Assembly: GCA_002269645.1 (NCBI GenBank)
Contig: NIVC01000668.1
Span: 1 to 55,864 of the forward strand
Direction of reading: 5' to 3'
Source: Macrostomum lignano
Taxonomy: Eukaryota
DNA length: 55,864 nt
In this document: positions 1 to 12,177 of the stretch, piece by piece
How the letters are laid out: each line of letters begins with the position of its first letter
How positions within the stretch are numbered: position 1 is the first letter of the stretch
Made by a program: the position numbers and the translations under genes
Notes under the pieces: model-generated
The model's input: the letters and a program-made list of their open reading frames with translations, nothing else
Told to the model about the DNA's origin: nothing
Databases searched by the model: none

Positions 1-687
1 TTCAGACTGTGCCAGGTGTGCGTAAACAGCTTGCATCCGACACACTGCGGGCCCTGTCCGGGAACAACAGACCAGGACAACGACAGCAATGTCGATGGCG
101 AACGACAGCGTTGGGTTTGCCGTGACCGATGCCTGCCGGACTTGGCCACCCGACGGGAGCTGTCCGAGTTGTGGGTCTTCTGTCCGAATGCTGACCTCGG
201 ATGCTCTGAGCAGATGCAGTGGAAGATGCTAGAGGAGCACTTGAAGCAGAAATGCGAGTACGAGACCGTCGCGTGCCAATTTTGTCTCAGGGAAATCATT
301 GTGTACAAGCTGCACCTTGTTCACTGCAATCTGGAGTCTGCCGACTGCTGTGTACACTTCCGCTGCCACTGCGGCTACTGCGGCTTCTTCGGCTACGGCA
401 GTGACATGCTAAACCGTGTGGACTTTATTGAGCATGCAAAGACTTGCTCTGAGATTCCTGTGAAATGTCCGTTCGCCGAGTTTGGCTGTCGAGCGAGGTC
501 AAAGCAGAGGCAGCTGACTGAGCATTACAGCCAAAACACTAATGAGCACTTGCTTATGATGAGCAACATAGTCAAAGAATTGCAGGCGTCCAAGTGCAGT
601 GATGCTGCAAAAATAACACGCTTGGAGAAGGAAAATGGTGATCTAAAGCTAGGATCAAGCTCATCGAAGCCAAACAGGTTCGTATAG
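1..687 (+). CDS. TRAF-like RING/zinc-finger protein, 5'-truncated by the window edge (main exon)
   Basis: Frame is open from base 1 (FRLCQVC, the tail of a RING). It is followed by PDLATRREL and TRAF-type fingers (CPNADLGC..HL..C..V.C..C; CPFAEFGC..H..EH) and a coiled coil. It aligns by eye with the TRAF-like genes at 5515-6600, 12178-13266 and 19302-20370. Confidence 0.8.
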   Translation, partial: FRLCQVCVNSLHPTHCGPCPGTTDQDNDSNVDGERQRWVCRDRCLPDLATRRELSELWVFCPNADLGCSEQMQWKMLEEHLKQKCEYETVACQFCLREIIVYKLHLVHCNLESADCCVHFRCHCGYCGFFGYGSDMLNRVDFIEHAKTCSEIPVKCPFAEFGCRARSKQRQLTEHYSQNTNEHLLMMSNIVKELQASKCSDAAKITRLEKENGDLKLGSSSSKPNRFV

Positions 688-771
688 TAAACACTGTCAT
701 TGTGATTAAGATCTAAAACTGAATTAGCCACTTTGAGTTGATATGCATGTAGCAGCGCTCCTTTATTGCAG

Positions 772-1068
772 GCCAAATCCGAAGCTTCGGTCTCAGCAAC
801 CAAGCCTGAGTTGCGAAGGTCTCTGGAGACAATTACCAATCGCGTCTCTGCCAACAACGTCTCGGAACTCGGACGCGAATCTTCGACTCCAGCATCGGTT
901 GCAGCTTTACCGTCGAAAGGTTGTCATCGACGGGTGCAATCGAGCCCATTTTCGACCAATTGGCTGCCCAGCCGCAAGAGAACCGCGTCGGAGAGTTTGA
1001 CGGAAGAGACCAACGCGGAATTGGCTGTGCCTGGCGAAACTGATACAAAAAAAGAAAACGAGATTTAA
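772..1068 (+). CDS. Probable terminal exon (S/T/E-rich tail) of the TRAF-like gene
   Basis: Acceptor-like TTTATTGCAG ends at 771. The GT at 682 would join in frame (RF|AKSEASV...TDTKKENEI*); the GT at 678 gives an alternative frame. The paralogues show the same short-intron plus tail-exon layout. Confidence 0.45.
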   Translation, partial: AKSEASVSATKPELRRSLETITNRVSANNVSELGRESSTPASVAALPSKGCHRRVQSSPFSTNWLPSRKRTASESLTEETNAELAVPGETDTKKENEI

Positions 1069-1172
1069 GTTTTGTACATAATAATCTGTGTGACTCGGCG
1101 CGGATGATGTGGACGGGACACACCGGCGCAGGGATACAGTGACGCGTTGGTGACTCACTCGTCGCCGACGTT

Positions 1173-1450
1173 TACGTTGTCGATCTGGCCAGCGTGCGAC
1201 GGCCGTCAACGTCTTGTTCGAGCTAGTCTGTCAGCGCCTCAGGGTGTACAGAGGCCCTAACTGTTTATCGGTCAGGCATGTACACTCTCTGCGCCTTGGA
1301 GTTGGCCCTAATGGTTGTGAATCGCACGACAACCTCCGGTAAGTGTGGTGAATGCGCCACCTAGTTTAGGTCTCCGCCTAGCCACCCCTGCTTAATTGTA
1401 CTGCAATGTCGATCCCACCCCAAACCCTAGGCTAGGTTGAGTCGCGATTG
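1173..1450 (-). repeat. SINE-like interspersed repeat sharing a hairpin domain with the tRNA-SINE at 3735-3995 (also ~7695-7970 and ~14362-14640)
   Basis: 1244-1310 aligns with 3781-3852 (GTGTACA..CCTAAC..GTYAGGCATGTACAC..GTTGGCCCT). No tRNA head is recognisable. Confidence 0.45.
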
Positions 1451-1489
1451 ACCTTTCTCATTCGTTTATCTCACTCTAAAGGGAGATCG

Positions 1490-2264
1490 CTTGCGCCGTT
1501 ACTGTCGCTTGCGCGGCTCAGCGTGCTTGGCTACGCCGACGATCTCGCCCTCCTTTCCTCCACCGTCGAGGGCGCCCAGCGCCAGCTGGACCGGCTGGTA
1601 AGCGTTGCGGCGAGCGTCGGCCTGGTGGTCAACACGCAGAAGACCGTTGTGCTCTGCGTACCGGACGACATGAGGCTGAAATTTTCTGCCGAGGCGCAGA
1701 CGCGCAGGTGACGAGGCTTCCGCGATGTCAGCAGTTCGTCTATCTCGGCGGTCTGGTGCCTGACGTTCGTGAGGACCTGCGACTTTGCTATGGATTTGCC
1801 TGTGCTGCCTTCCGTTCCGTGAGGGCTGTCCAGCAGTCCGAGGCCCTGCCTGACCGCCAGAGGGCGGCGTTGTTCCAGGCGGTGATCGAAACCGTACTGT
1901 TGTACAACGCCGAGACCTGGACCCTGACTGATTCACTCGAACAGCAGGTCGATGCGGCGCACGCTGGCCTGCTGTGCGCCGCCTTCAAGATCGGCTACGA
2001 GCGAGTCACCAATGCGGCACTCTATCGCCACACCGGCCTGTCCCGTCCCAGCGAAATGTTGCGCCATCGGCGACTCCAGCTGGCAAGGCCATATCATCTG
2101 AGACGAGTCGTACTGCCCACAGCCGGTGCAGAAAGTGCTTTTGCTCACGCTGCAGGAACCCTACCGGCGGGGGCAGGCCCGCACTCGGCGTTTCGTCGAC
2201 TGCCTGCTGGCTGATGCCGGCGGTGCGGCCTACGTTCGCGCCCAGGCCCTGAAACGCGCCCTGT
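1490..2264 (+). mobile_element. 5'-truncated, frameshifted RTE-type non-LTR retrotransposon (RT C-terminus and thumb)
   Basis: LGYADDLALL (RT YADD), KT.V, FVYLGG, FQAVIETVLLYNAETWTLT, VTNAALY, RRG..R..RFVD.LL.D; the reading frame is broken several times. Confidence 0.85.
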
Positions 2265-3734
2265 GACATTGTCCCACGTTTGCTGGCTGACGTATTTTTT
2301 GTTGTTGTTGTCGCTCTAGTTGATTGGCTCAGCCGTTTTTTTGGGGCTACGTACGAGTGTAAGTCCCAGTTGTTGTCGTCCGTTTTTGGAAGGTTTTACT
2401 GGTTGGACGCGTCGTACGCCCGTCGCACCTCAACTGGCACGCGTGCCAGAGGCATTAGAGAATCACTCGAGCAGTCTGGTCCTAGCCGACTCTGCGTCGT
2501 ACGTCAGTAGGTTGGGATGATCGCTGAGCTGCTCTGCACCATAAGTTTGGTACTTGCATGTTTATTTGGTTGCATGTTAATTTGGTAGCATTCTGTCAGT
2601 GATATCTGCTTAAGTTGTTATGTGAAGGCCTGGTGTGGATTGGCTGGGCCGGGCAGCTGGCTCAGTTTTTCCTCACCCCCGCCGCGGTGTGATTGGCTGG
2701 CGTGGGGTAGGGCCTGTCGGGAGGGGTTGTGGGGGTTGGAGGGCTCGGGGTTTGCAGTCTCTCCCCCCGCGTGCGCCAGCCATTTAGGTAGTCTGGGCGT
2801 CGTCACTCGCCTCTCTATACCTAGTTTGGCTTTCGGTGCTGTCCTGTGATTGGTTTTCTCTCGCCGTAAGGACGTTTTCCTATGGAAAAGATCCAATCCA
2901 AAGAGACGTGTTGAAAAAATCTAAGAAAGTTGGATGCGTTCCTCTGTCTTCCTTCTTTTGGTTACAAAAGGGGGCAACTAAGGCTCCGTGTGTCCTGACG
3001 CCTACTTACTGTAGTTTAGGCTACCTGGCGTCCTGATGCAGGTATGATCCGCATAGGAACATCCTGACAACCGACAAGCAAGGTGCACCCGTACCCTGTA
3101 CACCCTACCGTATTATATAGGCCCGAGGTGTAGGATACTGCTGATGTGTAGGATACTGAGGTGTATTACTGAGATACTGAGGTGTAGGATAGTATTGTAA
3201 CAATTTTTTAATAATAGTAATATTCTACAATTTAGTGTTTAAAATAAATTTGTTATACTGTATGATTTGTTTTAATGCGATTGATTTTTGTTAACTATGC
3301 TAGACTTTATTGGACCATAGGCGCGATCCAATAGGTAGCCAACTTAAATTAGTATTAATAAAAAGGCGCCCAAGGAGAAAATTTTTTTGTTGGTTTTAAC
3401 CTTTTCGGTTCAGTCGTATTAATCAGTTCTGAATCTGTAGTCTAATCTTAATCATTTTTCTAAAAGGATGTTTGTCGATAGAACAGTAATTGCAAAGAAA
3501 AACTCGTTTTGTTGCAGAGAAAAAGGCGTTCTGTCTGTGAAACAATTGGTGTTTAACTGCTTTACACGTGTTGCAGAGTGAAGTAAAGGGGCAACTTGCC
3601 CTGTGCCAAGTGAAAAGCTATGGGGGAGTCCCCTGGAAATGAAGAAAGCCGGGAACCTCTCGATCATTGGTAACGCCGTTTTGGGACTTGACGCCTACAA
3701 CAGCTTGGTGTCAGCTTGTGTGCAGCACACAAGG

Positions 3735-3995
3735 GCGCGAATACGTACGCAGTCATACGCACAGGCACACTCACACAGGAGTGTACAGCGGCCCTAACTT
3801 AATTTATCGTTAGGCATGTACACTTCACTGTGCCTTTGGGGTTGGCCCTTAAGCTGGGAATTACGAGCGTAATTGCACGAGCAGAGCCAAGCCGAGATTC
3901 CAATTAAGCCTCAAAATTAATGTGTCTCTACTTGGAATCGAGCCTGGACCGCTGGCACATCAGAGCGCCTCGCCAGACCACTGGTCTACACCCCC
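3735..3995 (-). mobile_element. tRNA-derived SINE (head plus body); copies at ~10368-10632 and ~17418-17703
   Basis: The minus strand starts GGGGGTGTAGACCAGTGG (A box) and contains GGCTCGATTCC (B box variant), followed by a non-tRNA body that recurs at 27740-27835. Confidence 0.65.
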
Positions 3996-4181
3996 ATGTT
4001 CTCTACATGTAAAAATGCAGCCTCAATCTCATTGGACGAGCTTTGCTAGATCAATTATAACAAACTCTGGGATTGGTGAGTGCATAAAAAGCGATGATCT
4101 GCTCCCAAATATTAGAAATTCGTTATTGAGTTTTGTGCTACGATTTCAAATGCAAGATTAGCAAAATTTTAAAGTCTCGAA

Positions 4182-4956
4182 ATGAAGATCCTCAACAAAT
4201 TCCCGGCAATCCTGCTCGAGCTGCAGTGCCTACTGATCTCGGTGACAGCTGGCAGCAGCCGGTGCTCATCGCAGCAGGCATTCACAGCCGTGAACGCCAG
4301 CCTGTGCATCCGCAGCGAGTTCACGGAGACGCCCCTGGGCAGCAGCGCGGCAGCATCGGAGGTCCTGTGCTCGCTGCTCTGCGCCAGCAGGCCCCGCTGC
4401 CAGGCCTTCAGCTTGGCCCGCGGCCCCTGCCAGCTGTTCGTGTTCGACAGGTGCAGCAAAGGCGTGCGGGACTGCAGCGCCAGCTGCTCGGCCTTCGGTC
4501 GGGTCTTCGTGAAGCAGCGGCCGGGCCTGCCGCCTGGAAAACTCTGCCCGCCTGAGTTCGATTCCCAGCGGTGCGGGTTCGCTACCGGCTGGTGAACGGC
4601 ACGGCCGGCTGGCAGAGGGGCCGGCAGGTCTGCGCCAACCAGACCGCCTCGTCATCATGGCCGACGTGCTGGACGCTGAGGAGCTGCGCTTCATCAGCTC
4701 CCAGTTCAGCGGCCTGAACATCTGGCTCGGCGGCCACCAGGAAGAGGGAAGTCCCGAGCCAGGCGGAGGGTGGCGGTGGCTGGACTGTGGTCTGGAGTTC
4801 GATCCCAGCCTGTGGGTTGCAGGTGAACCAAATGACGGTGGAAATGCCGAGAAGTACATTCTCCGCTACTCGGGCACAGCTGGTCTGGTAGACGCACCAG
4901 AAACGCTGTCTTTCCCAACGAATGCCCTGTGCGAGTGCTTCTCGCCGTTTGAATGA
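4182..4956 (+). pseudogene. PAN/apple + C-type lectin gene, copy A (two 1-nt deletions; pseudogene or assembly error)
   Basis: 775 nt versus 777 nt in the intact copy C; deletions near 4576 and 4646. Confidence 0.75.
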
Positions 4957-5514
4957 CGTGTGCCTGTCATTAGTGATACTCGAGTTCAACTGCTATAAAA
5001 ATCGCTACGTGGGAATAGTGAAGTCTCGTGTGATGCCCCGATATCGCGGAGTTAATGGTTTTCCTGAACAAAACTGAAAAAATGTTTTTAGATTATCGTG
5101 TCCCAGGAAACACCCACAAGTGCTTCACGTGGCGCATCGATGCGCAAAAAATTGATATGAACGAGTGGCAGTCAATTGGATAATATAAAAGCCCTTTTTG
5201 CCCACTTTTGATCTGTCAATTTGATAAAAAACTATACTTGCTTTGTTGCTCGTGGCTACTAAAAGTAAGGCTAGTAAGATAATTGTGATACTTATGCTAT
5301 GAAACAGCAGAAAATCTCTTAGCAAATATCAATCAAATTGTTTATCATTAGGGAGTTGGATTTTTTCGGTCCTCGTTTTAAATATTTTAGTAATGGAATT
5401 ACTCGTAGAAGTATCTTACAGCACTCTACATGTACGTGTAGGTTAGAAAAATGTTATTTTCTGCGTTAAGTTGGCACAAAATTAAATATATAATTTATGA
5501 TTCGTTTTTCAAAT

Positions 5515-6600
5515 TCAAAAAACAACAGATCTCCTTCGACCCATCCTGTTCAATTCCTTGACGGCGGCATCCTGCTGGCTCTGATTGTCTTCTTCAACGG
5601 GCTGCTCTGTTAAATCGCCGTTGCTCAGTCGTCTCTGAAATTGCGGATAAACAGGGGCAGTGAATTCGGCACATCGATGGGTTTTAATGCTGAGAAACAT
5701 TACAATTTAAAGCCTTATTTACCCCTTGATTGAGCAGTGTTTTTAGTAGAGGAGACTTTTCAAAGGTGGATAAACGTTCGGTTAGCTTCAGGACTTTTTC
5801 CTTCAGTTGTCCGACTTCAATGGCCCTCTGTTTATCTCTGGTCTTGAGCTTCATCAACAAATTATTGATTTCTTTTAGTTCGGAGTCCTTTCGCTGCAGC
5901 TCCTGTTGGAAGCGCTGCACCGTGAGCTCCAGGTGGCCATCGGTACCCGAGCAGTAGTGCTCATCGAGCTGCGACATTGCCACGTTCGTCTGACACCCGA
6001 TGCTCTGTCGGTACTTGCAGTCGCTCGGTCTCTCCGGACAGGTCATCAGGTGCTCCTGAACTCCGAGCGGTACAGCCTGCTGCTCGAGTCGCTGCAGTGA
6101 GGACACGGAGCTCGGAACTCGGAGCAGCAGTGAGGAGACCGCAGATCCGTGTGGCAGCCGTTCAGCTCAAACTGACGGACTCGCTTCGAGCAGCGGTCGC
6201 ACGTGACGAACGCGAACTGGCACTCGTCAGTCAGATGAGAATCCAGCTGCTTCAAGGTGAGCTGCTTCTCACAGCCGGACTCTTCGTTCGAGCATCGGAC
6301 TTCAGTTCGAGCACGTCCTTACGTGTTGCAGTGTCGGGGAAGCAGACAGCCTGACTCACAAAGTGCTCAACAAGTCTCGCACGGTCTCTGCAGCTGTCCA
6401 GCGAATGAATGCAGGGACAGACTCGATCGCTGGATTGCAGCAGCTCGTGCTGAAGCACCGCTGGCACAGGCGGCATCCGTGCGGAGTCTGGTAGGAATTT
6501 ATGAGCAGCTCTGAGCAGCCGCTGCACATTAAATGGTTCGGTATCGGCTGTTTCGAATTTTGATAGAAGATAAATCGCTTCGCACTAAAGCTTGCTCCAT
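5515..6600 (-). pseudogene. TRAF-like RING/zinc-finger gene, copy A (four 1-nt deletions)
   Basis: ATG at 6600. Exon 1 is 878 nt versus 882 expected; predicted intron 5722-5635; tail exon RRLSNG...SVVF*. Confidence 0.7.
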
Positions 6601-7439
6601 TTTAGCTTGCTATAGGTGTCATTCAACTTGCGACGTAAAATTTGCGGCTTCTACACAGCAAGCTCGCGAATTTCTCATCCAAAACAGTCACTGGTTATAA
6701 CATAACAAAAGTAGGTACTACCGTGTTTGGAGTGTTTACAACTGGCTGCAACAACCCCAGGTAAATGAATTCGGTTGTGTGCGTGCAAGTACGAGTACAT
6801 TTAAGCTATAGATAACCTAAAGAGGTTAGGGCTACTGTAGTCTGCAGTGAAGGGTTGTAGCTCGTACACTCGTTTCTCTTCTATTTCTCTTCTCAATTCT
6901 ATTTATGGCAAGTACCCTGCAATGTTGTCAATTCAACAGAACTGTCCCACAGCGCGACCTGCACACTGACAATTTTATGCACGTGATGCGTCTTATCTTA
7001 TTTTTAGTTGAACAACAAGTTTATGTAGTCGTTTGCACAGTTTTTAGTAAACAAGTATTGGTTAATTATGGTTTAATTTGAGTATCATTAACCCTATGTT
7101 GACTGTTGGATCCGAGGTCTCACCATCTGGACATTTGAAATGCAGCATGCATGCGTTTGGTCCGATGTGAACTCGCAAGTTAATTGAGCTACTATAACCA
7201 CAGGATACACTAGAACTAATCTTGCAAAGTTCCGGCGAATATTTCAGCTACTGAAATCATTTTATATTTGGCAAAACCTCATTGTATCTTACGCTCTTAC
7301 GCACAGCGATTTTCTTACAAGTTACAGGAGCGTCGCCATGGATTTTATGGTGGGGAGACGAAGCCGAGAGTTCTACATCTACATATACATTACTAAATTC
7401 CTACATGTACATTATTTCCGAACCGGTGTTGTCAGCGAT

Positions 7440-7586
7440 CATTTTAGCGCCGCAGGCACTCATTTTGGCGCCGCAGGCACTCATTTTAGCGCCGCAGGCA
7501 CTCATTTTAGCGCCGCATGCACTCAATTTAGCGCAGCAGGAACACATTTTAGTGCCACAGGCACTCATTTTAGCGCCGCATGCACT
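7440..7586. repeat. 21-bp minisatellite (CATTTTAGCGCCGCAGGCACT)x~7; duplicate at 14107-14253
   Basis: Direct repeat; the same unit occurs inside the MITE at 26740-27184. Confidence 0.9.
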
Positions 7587-8009
7587 CAATTTAATGGTGC
7601 AGATGCTATGTTTTGTCGCCCTGAAGTGAAATGATTGATTTCCATAACAGGTCAACAAGGTGGGGTAGGGGGGACAAAGCAGTGGCATGTCTCCTACGTT
7701 GTCGATCTGGCCAGCGTTCGACGGCCGTCAGCGTGTTGTTCGAGCTAGTCTGTCAGCGTCTCAGGGTGTACAGAGGCCCTAACTGTTTATCGGTCAGGCA
7801 TGTACACTCTCGAGCATTGGAGTTGGCTCTAATGGTTGTGAATCGCACGACAACCTCCGGTAATTGTGGGGTGAATGCGCCGCCTAGTTTAGGTCTCCGC
7901 CTAGCCACCCCTGCTTAATTGTACTGCAATGTCGGTCCCACCCCAAACCCTAGGCTAGGTTGAGTCGCGATTGACTATTTTCTCATTCGTTTATCTCACT
8001 CTAATTAGG

Positions 8010-8778
8010 GAGATCGCTTGCGCCGTTACTGTCGCTTGCGCGGCTCAGCGTGCTTGGCTACGCCGACGATCTCGCCCTCCTTTCCTCGACCGTCGAGGGC
8101 GCCCAGCGCTAGCTGGACCGGCTGGTAAGCGTTGCGGCGTCGGCCTGGTGGTCAACACGCAGAAGACCGTTGTGCTCTGCGTGCCGGACGACATCGAGGC
8201 TGCAATTTTCTGCCGAGGCGCAGACGCGCAGGTGACGAGGCCTCCGCGATGTCAGCAGTTCGTCTATCTCGGCGGTCTGGTACCTGACGTTCGTGAGGAC
8301 CTGCGACTTTGCTGTGGACTTGCCTGGGCTGCCTTCCTTTTCGAGGAAGTCCAAGGCCTTGCCTGACCGCCAGAGGGCGGCGTTGTTCCAGGCGGTGATC
8401 GAAACCGTACTGTTGTACAACGCCGAGACCTGGGCCCTGTCTGATTCGCTCGAACAGCAGGTCGATGCGGCGCACGCTGGACTGCTGCGCGCCGCTTCAA
8501 GATCGGCTACGAGCGAGTCACCAATGCGGCACTCTATCGCCGCACCAGCCTGTCCCGTCCCAGCGAAATGTTGCGCCATCGACGACTCCAGCTGGCAAAG
8601 CCATTCTATCCGAGCCGAGTCGTACTGCCCACAGCCGGTGCAGGAAGTGCTTTTGCTCACGCTGCAGGAACCTTACCGGCGGGGGCAGGCCCGCACTTGG
8701 CGTTTCGTCGACTGCCTGTTGGCTGATGCCGGCGGTGCGGCCTACGTTCGCGCCCAGGCCCTGAAACGCGCCCTGTGA
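8010..8778 (+). mobile_element. RTE-type LINE fragment, copy B (degenerate)
   Basis: Same motifs as 1490-2264 with additional indels. Confidence 0.85.
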
Positions 8779-9066
8779 CATTGTCCCACGTTTGCTGGCT
8801 GACCTATTTGTTTTGTTGTTATCGCTCTAGTTGATTGGCTCAGCCGTTTTTTGTGGCTACGTACGAGCGTAAGTCCCAGTTGTTGTCGTCCGTTTTTGGA
8901 AGGTTTGACTGGTTGGACGCGTCGTACGCCCGTCGCACCTCAACTGGCACGCGTGCCAGAGGCATTAGAGAATCACTCGAGCTGTCTGGTCCTAGCCGAC
9001 TCTGCGTCGTACGTCAGTAGGTTGGGGTGACCGCGGTGCTGCTTTGGACCATAAGTTTGGTACTTG

Positions 9067-9226
9067 CATGTTAATTTGGTAGCATGTTAATTTGGTAGCA
9101 TGTTAATTTGGTAGCATGTTAATTTGGTAGCATGTTAATTTGGTAGCATGTTAATTTGGTAGCATGTTAATTTGGTAGCATGTTAATTTGGTAGCATGTT
9201 AATTTGGTAGCATGTTAATTTGGTAG
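9067..9226. repeat. 16-bp tandem repeat (CATGTTAATTTGGTAG)x10
   Basis: Counted directly: 160 nt. Confidence 0.95.
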
Positions 9227-10818
9227 CATTCTGTCAGTGATATCTGCTTAAGTTGTTATGTGAAGGACTGGTGTGGATTGGCTGGGCCGGGCAGCTGGCT
9301 CAGTTTTTCCTCACCCCCCGCCGCGGTGTGATTGGCTGGCGTGGGGCAGGGCCTGTCGGGAGGGTTGTGGGGGTTGGTGGGCTCGGGGGTTTGCAGTCTC
9401 CCCCCCCCGCGTGCGCTAGCCATTTAAGGTAGTCTGGGCGTCGTCACTCGCCTCTCTATACCTAGTTTGGCTTTCGGTGCTGTCCTGTGATTGGTTTGCT
9501 CTCGCCGTAAGGACGTTTTCCTATGGAAAAGATCCAATTCAAAGAGACGTGTTGAAAGGAGCTAGGAAAGTTGGATGCGTTCCTCTGTCTTCCTTCTTTT
9601 GGTTACAAAAGGGGGCAACTAAGGCTCCGTGTGTCCTGACGCCTACTTACTGTAGTTTAGGCTACCTGGCGTCCTGATGCAGGTATGATCCGCATAGGAA
9701 CATCCTGACAACCGACAAGCAAGGTGCACCCGTACCCTGTACACCCTACCGTATTATATAGGCCCGAGGTGTAGGATACTGCTGATGTGTAGGATACTGA
9801 GGTGTATTACTGAGATACTGAGGTGTAGGATAGTATTGTAACAATTTTTTAATAATAGTAATATTCTACAATTTAGTGTTTAAAATAAATTTGTTATACT
9901 GTATGATTTGTTTTAATGCGATTGATTTTTGTTAACTATGCTAGACTTTATTGGACCATAGGCGCGATCCAATAGGTAGCCAACTTAAATTAGTATTTAT
10001 ACAGAGGAGCGCAAGGAGAAAATTCTTTCACGGGTTTTAACCTTTTCTTAATCAGTTCTGAATCTGTAGTCTTATCTTAATCATTCTTCTAAAAGGAGTG
10101 TTTGTCGATAGAACAGTAATTGCAAAGAAAAACTCGTTTTGTTGCAGAGAAAAAGGCGTTCTTTCTGCAGTGAAACAATTGGTGTTTAACTGCTTTACAC
10201 GTGTTGCAGAGTGAAGTAAAGGGGCAACTTGCCCTGTGCCAAGTGAAAAGCTATGGGGGGGAGTCCCCTGGAAATGAAGAAAGCCGGGAACCTCTCGATC
10301 ATTGATAACGCCGTTTTGGGACTTGACGCCTACAACAACTTGGTGTCAGCTTGTGTGCAGCACACAAGGGCGCGAATACGTACGCAGTCATACGCACAGG
10401 CACTCACTCACACAGGAGTGTACAGCGGCCCTAACTTAATTTATCGTTAGGCATGTACACTTCACTGTGCCTTGGGGGTTGGCCCTTAAGCTGGGAATTA
10501 CGAGCGTAATTGCACGAGCAGAGCCAAGCCAAGATTCCTATTTAGCCTCAAAATTAATGTGTCTGTACTTGGAATCGAGCCTGGACCGCTGGCACATCAG
10601 AGCGCCTCGCCAGACCACTGGTCTACACCCCCATGTTCTCTACATGTAAAAATGCAGCCTCAATCTCATTGGACGAGCTTTGCTAGATCAATTATAACAA
10701 ACTCTGGGATAGGTGAGTGCATAAAAAGCGATGATCTGCTCCCAATTATTAGAAATTCGTTATTGAGTTTTGTGCTACGATTTCAAATGCAAGATTATCA
10801 AAATTTTAAAGTCTCGAA

Positions 10819-11594
10819 ATGAAGATCCTCAACAAATTCCTGGCAATCCTGCTCGAGCTGCAGTGCCTACTGATCTCGGTGACAGCTGGCAGCAGCCGGT
10901 GCTCATCGCAGCAGGCATTCACAGCCGTGAACGCCAGCCTGTGCATCCGCAGCGAGTTCACGGAGACGCCCCTGGGCAGCAGCGCGGCAGCATCGGAGGT
11001 CCTGTGCTCGCTGCTCTGCGCCAGCAGGCCCCGCTGCCAGGCCTTCAGCTTGGCCCGCGGCCCCTGCCAGCTGTTCGTGTTCGACAGGTGCAGCAAAGGC
11101 GTGCGGGACTGCAGCGCCAGCTGCTCGGCCTTCGGTCTGGTCTTCGTGAAGCAGCGACCGGGCCTGCCGCCTGGAAAACTCTGCCCGCCTGAGTTCGATT
11201 CCCAGCGGTGCGGGTTCGCTACCGGCTGGTGAACGGCACGGCCGGCTGGCAGAGGGGCCGGCAGGTCTGCGCCAACCAGACCGACCTCGTCATCATGGCC
11301 GACGTGCTGGACGCTGAGGAGCTGCGCTTCATCAACTCCCAGTTCAGCGGCCTGAACATCTGGCTCGGTGGCCACCAGGAAGAGGGAAGTCCCGAGCCAG
11401 GCGGAGGGTGGCGGTGGCTGGACTGTGGTCTGGAGTTCGATCCCAGCCTGTGGGCTGCAGCTGAACCAAATGACGGTGGAAATGCCGAGAAGTACATTCT
11501 CCACTACTCGGGCACAGCCGGCCTGGTAGACGCACCAGAAACGCTGTCTTTCCCAACGAATGCCCTGTGCGAGTGCGTCTCGCCGTTTGAATGA
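10819..11594 (+). pseudogene. PAN/apple + C-type lectin gene, copy B (one 1-nt deletion)
   Basis: 776 nt; GCGGGTTCG versus GCGGGGTTCG in copy C. Confidence 0.75.
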
Positions 11595-12177
11595 CGTGTG
11601 CTTGTCATTAGTGATACTCGAGCTCAACTGCTATAAAAATCGCTACGTGGGAATAGTGAAGTCTTCGTGTGATGCCCCGATATCGCGGAGTTAATGGATT
11701 TTCCTGAACAAAACTGAAAAAAATGTTTTCAGATTATTCGTGTCCCAGGAAACACCCACAAGTGCTTCACGTGGCGCATCGATGCGCAAAAAATTGAACG
11801 AACGAGTGGCAGTCAATTGGATAATATAAAACCCCTTTTTGCCCACTTTATATCTGTCAATTTGATAAAAAACCATACATTGCTTTGTTGCTCGTGGCTA
11901 CTAAAAGTAAGGCTAGTAAGATAATTGGGATACTTTTGCTATGAAACAGCAGAAAATCTCTTAGCAAATATCAATCAAATTGTTTATCATTAGGGAGTTG
12001 GATTTCTTCGGTCCTCGTTTTAAATATTTTAGTAATGGAATTAGAAGTACGAGCTATCTCACAGCACTCTACGAGTAGGTTAGAAAAATATGTTATTTTC
12101 TGCGTTAAGTTGGCACAAAACCGTACCAGTAGTACACTAACACGGTTGTATATAGATTTATGATTCGTTTTTCAAAT

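Larger units (their letters stand above)
1173..7694. repeat. Segmental tandem duplication, copy A
   Basis: Starts TACGTTGTCGATCTGG, repeated at 7695 and 14362. The same order of LINE fragment, SINE, lectin and TRAF-like gene occurs in each copy. Confidence 0.9.
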
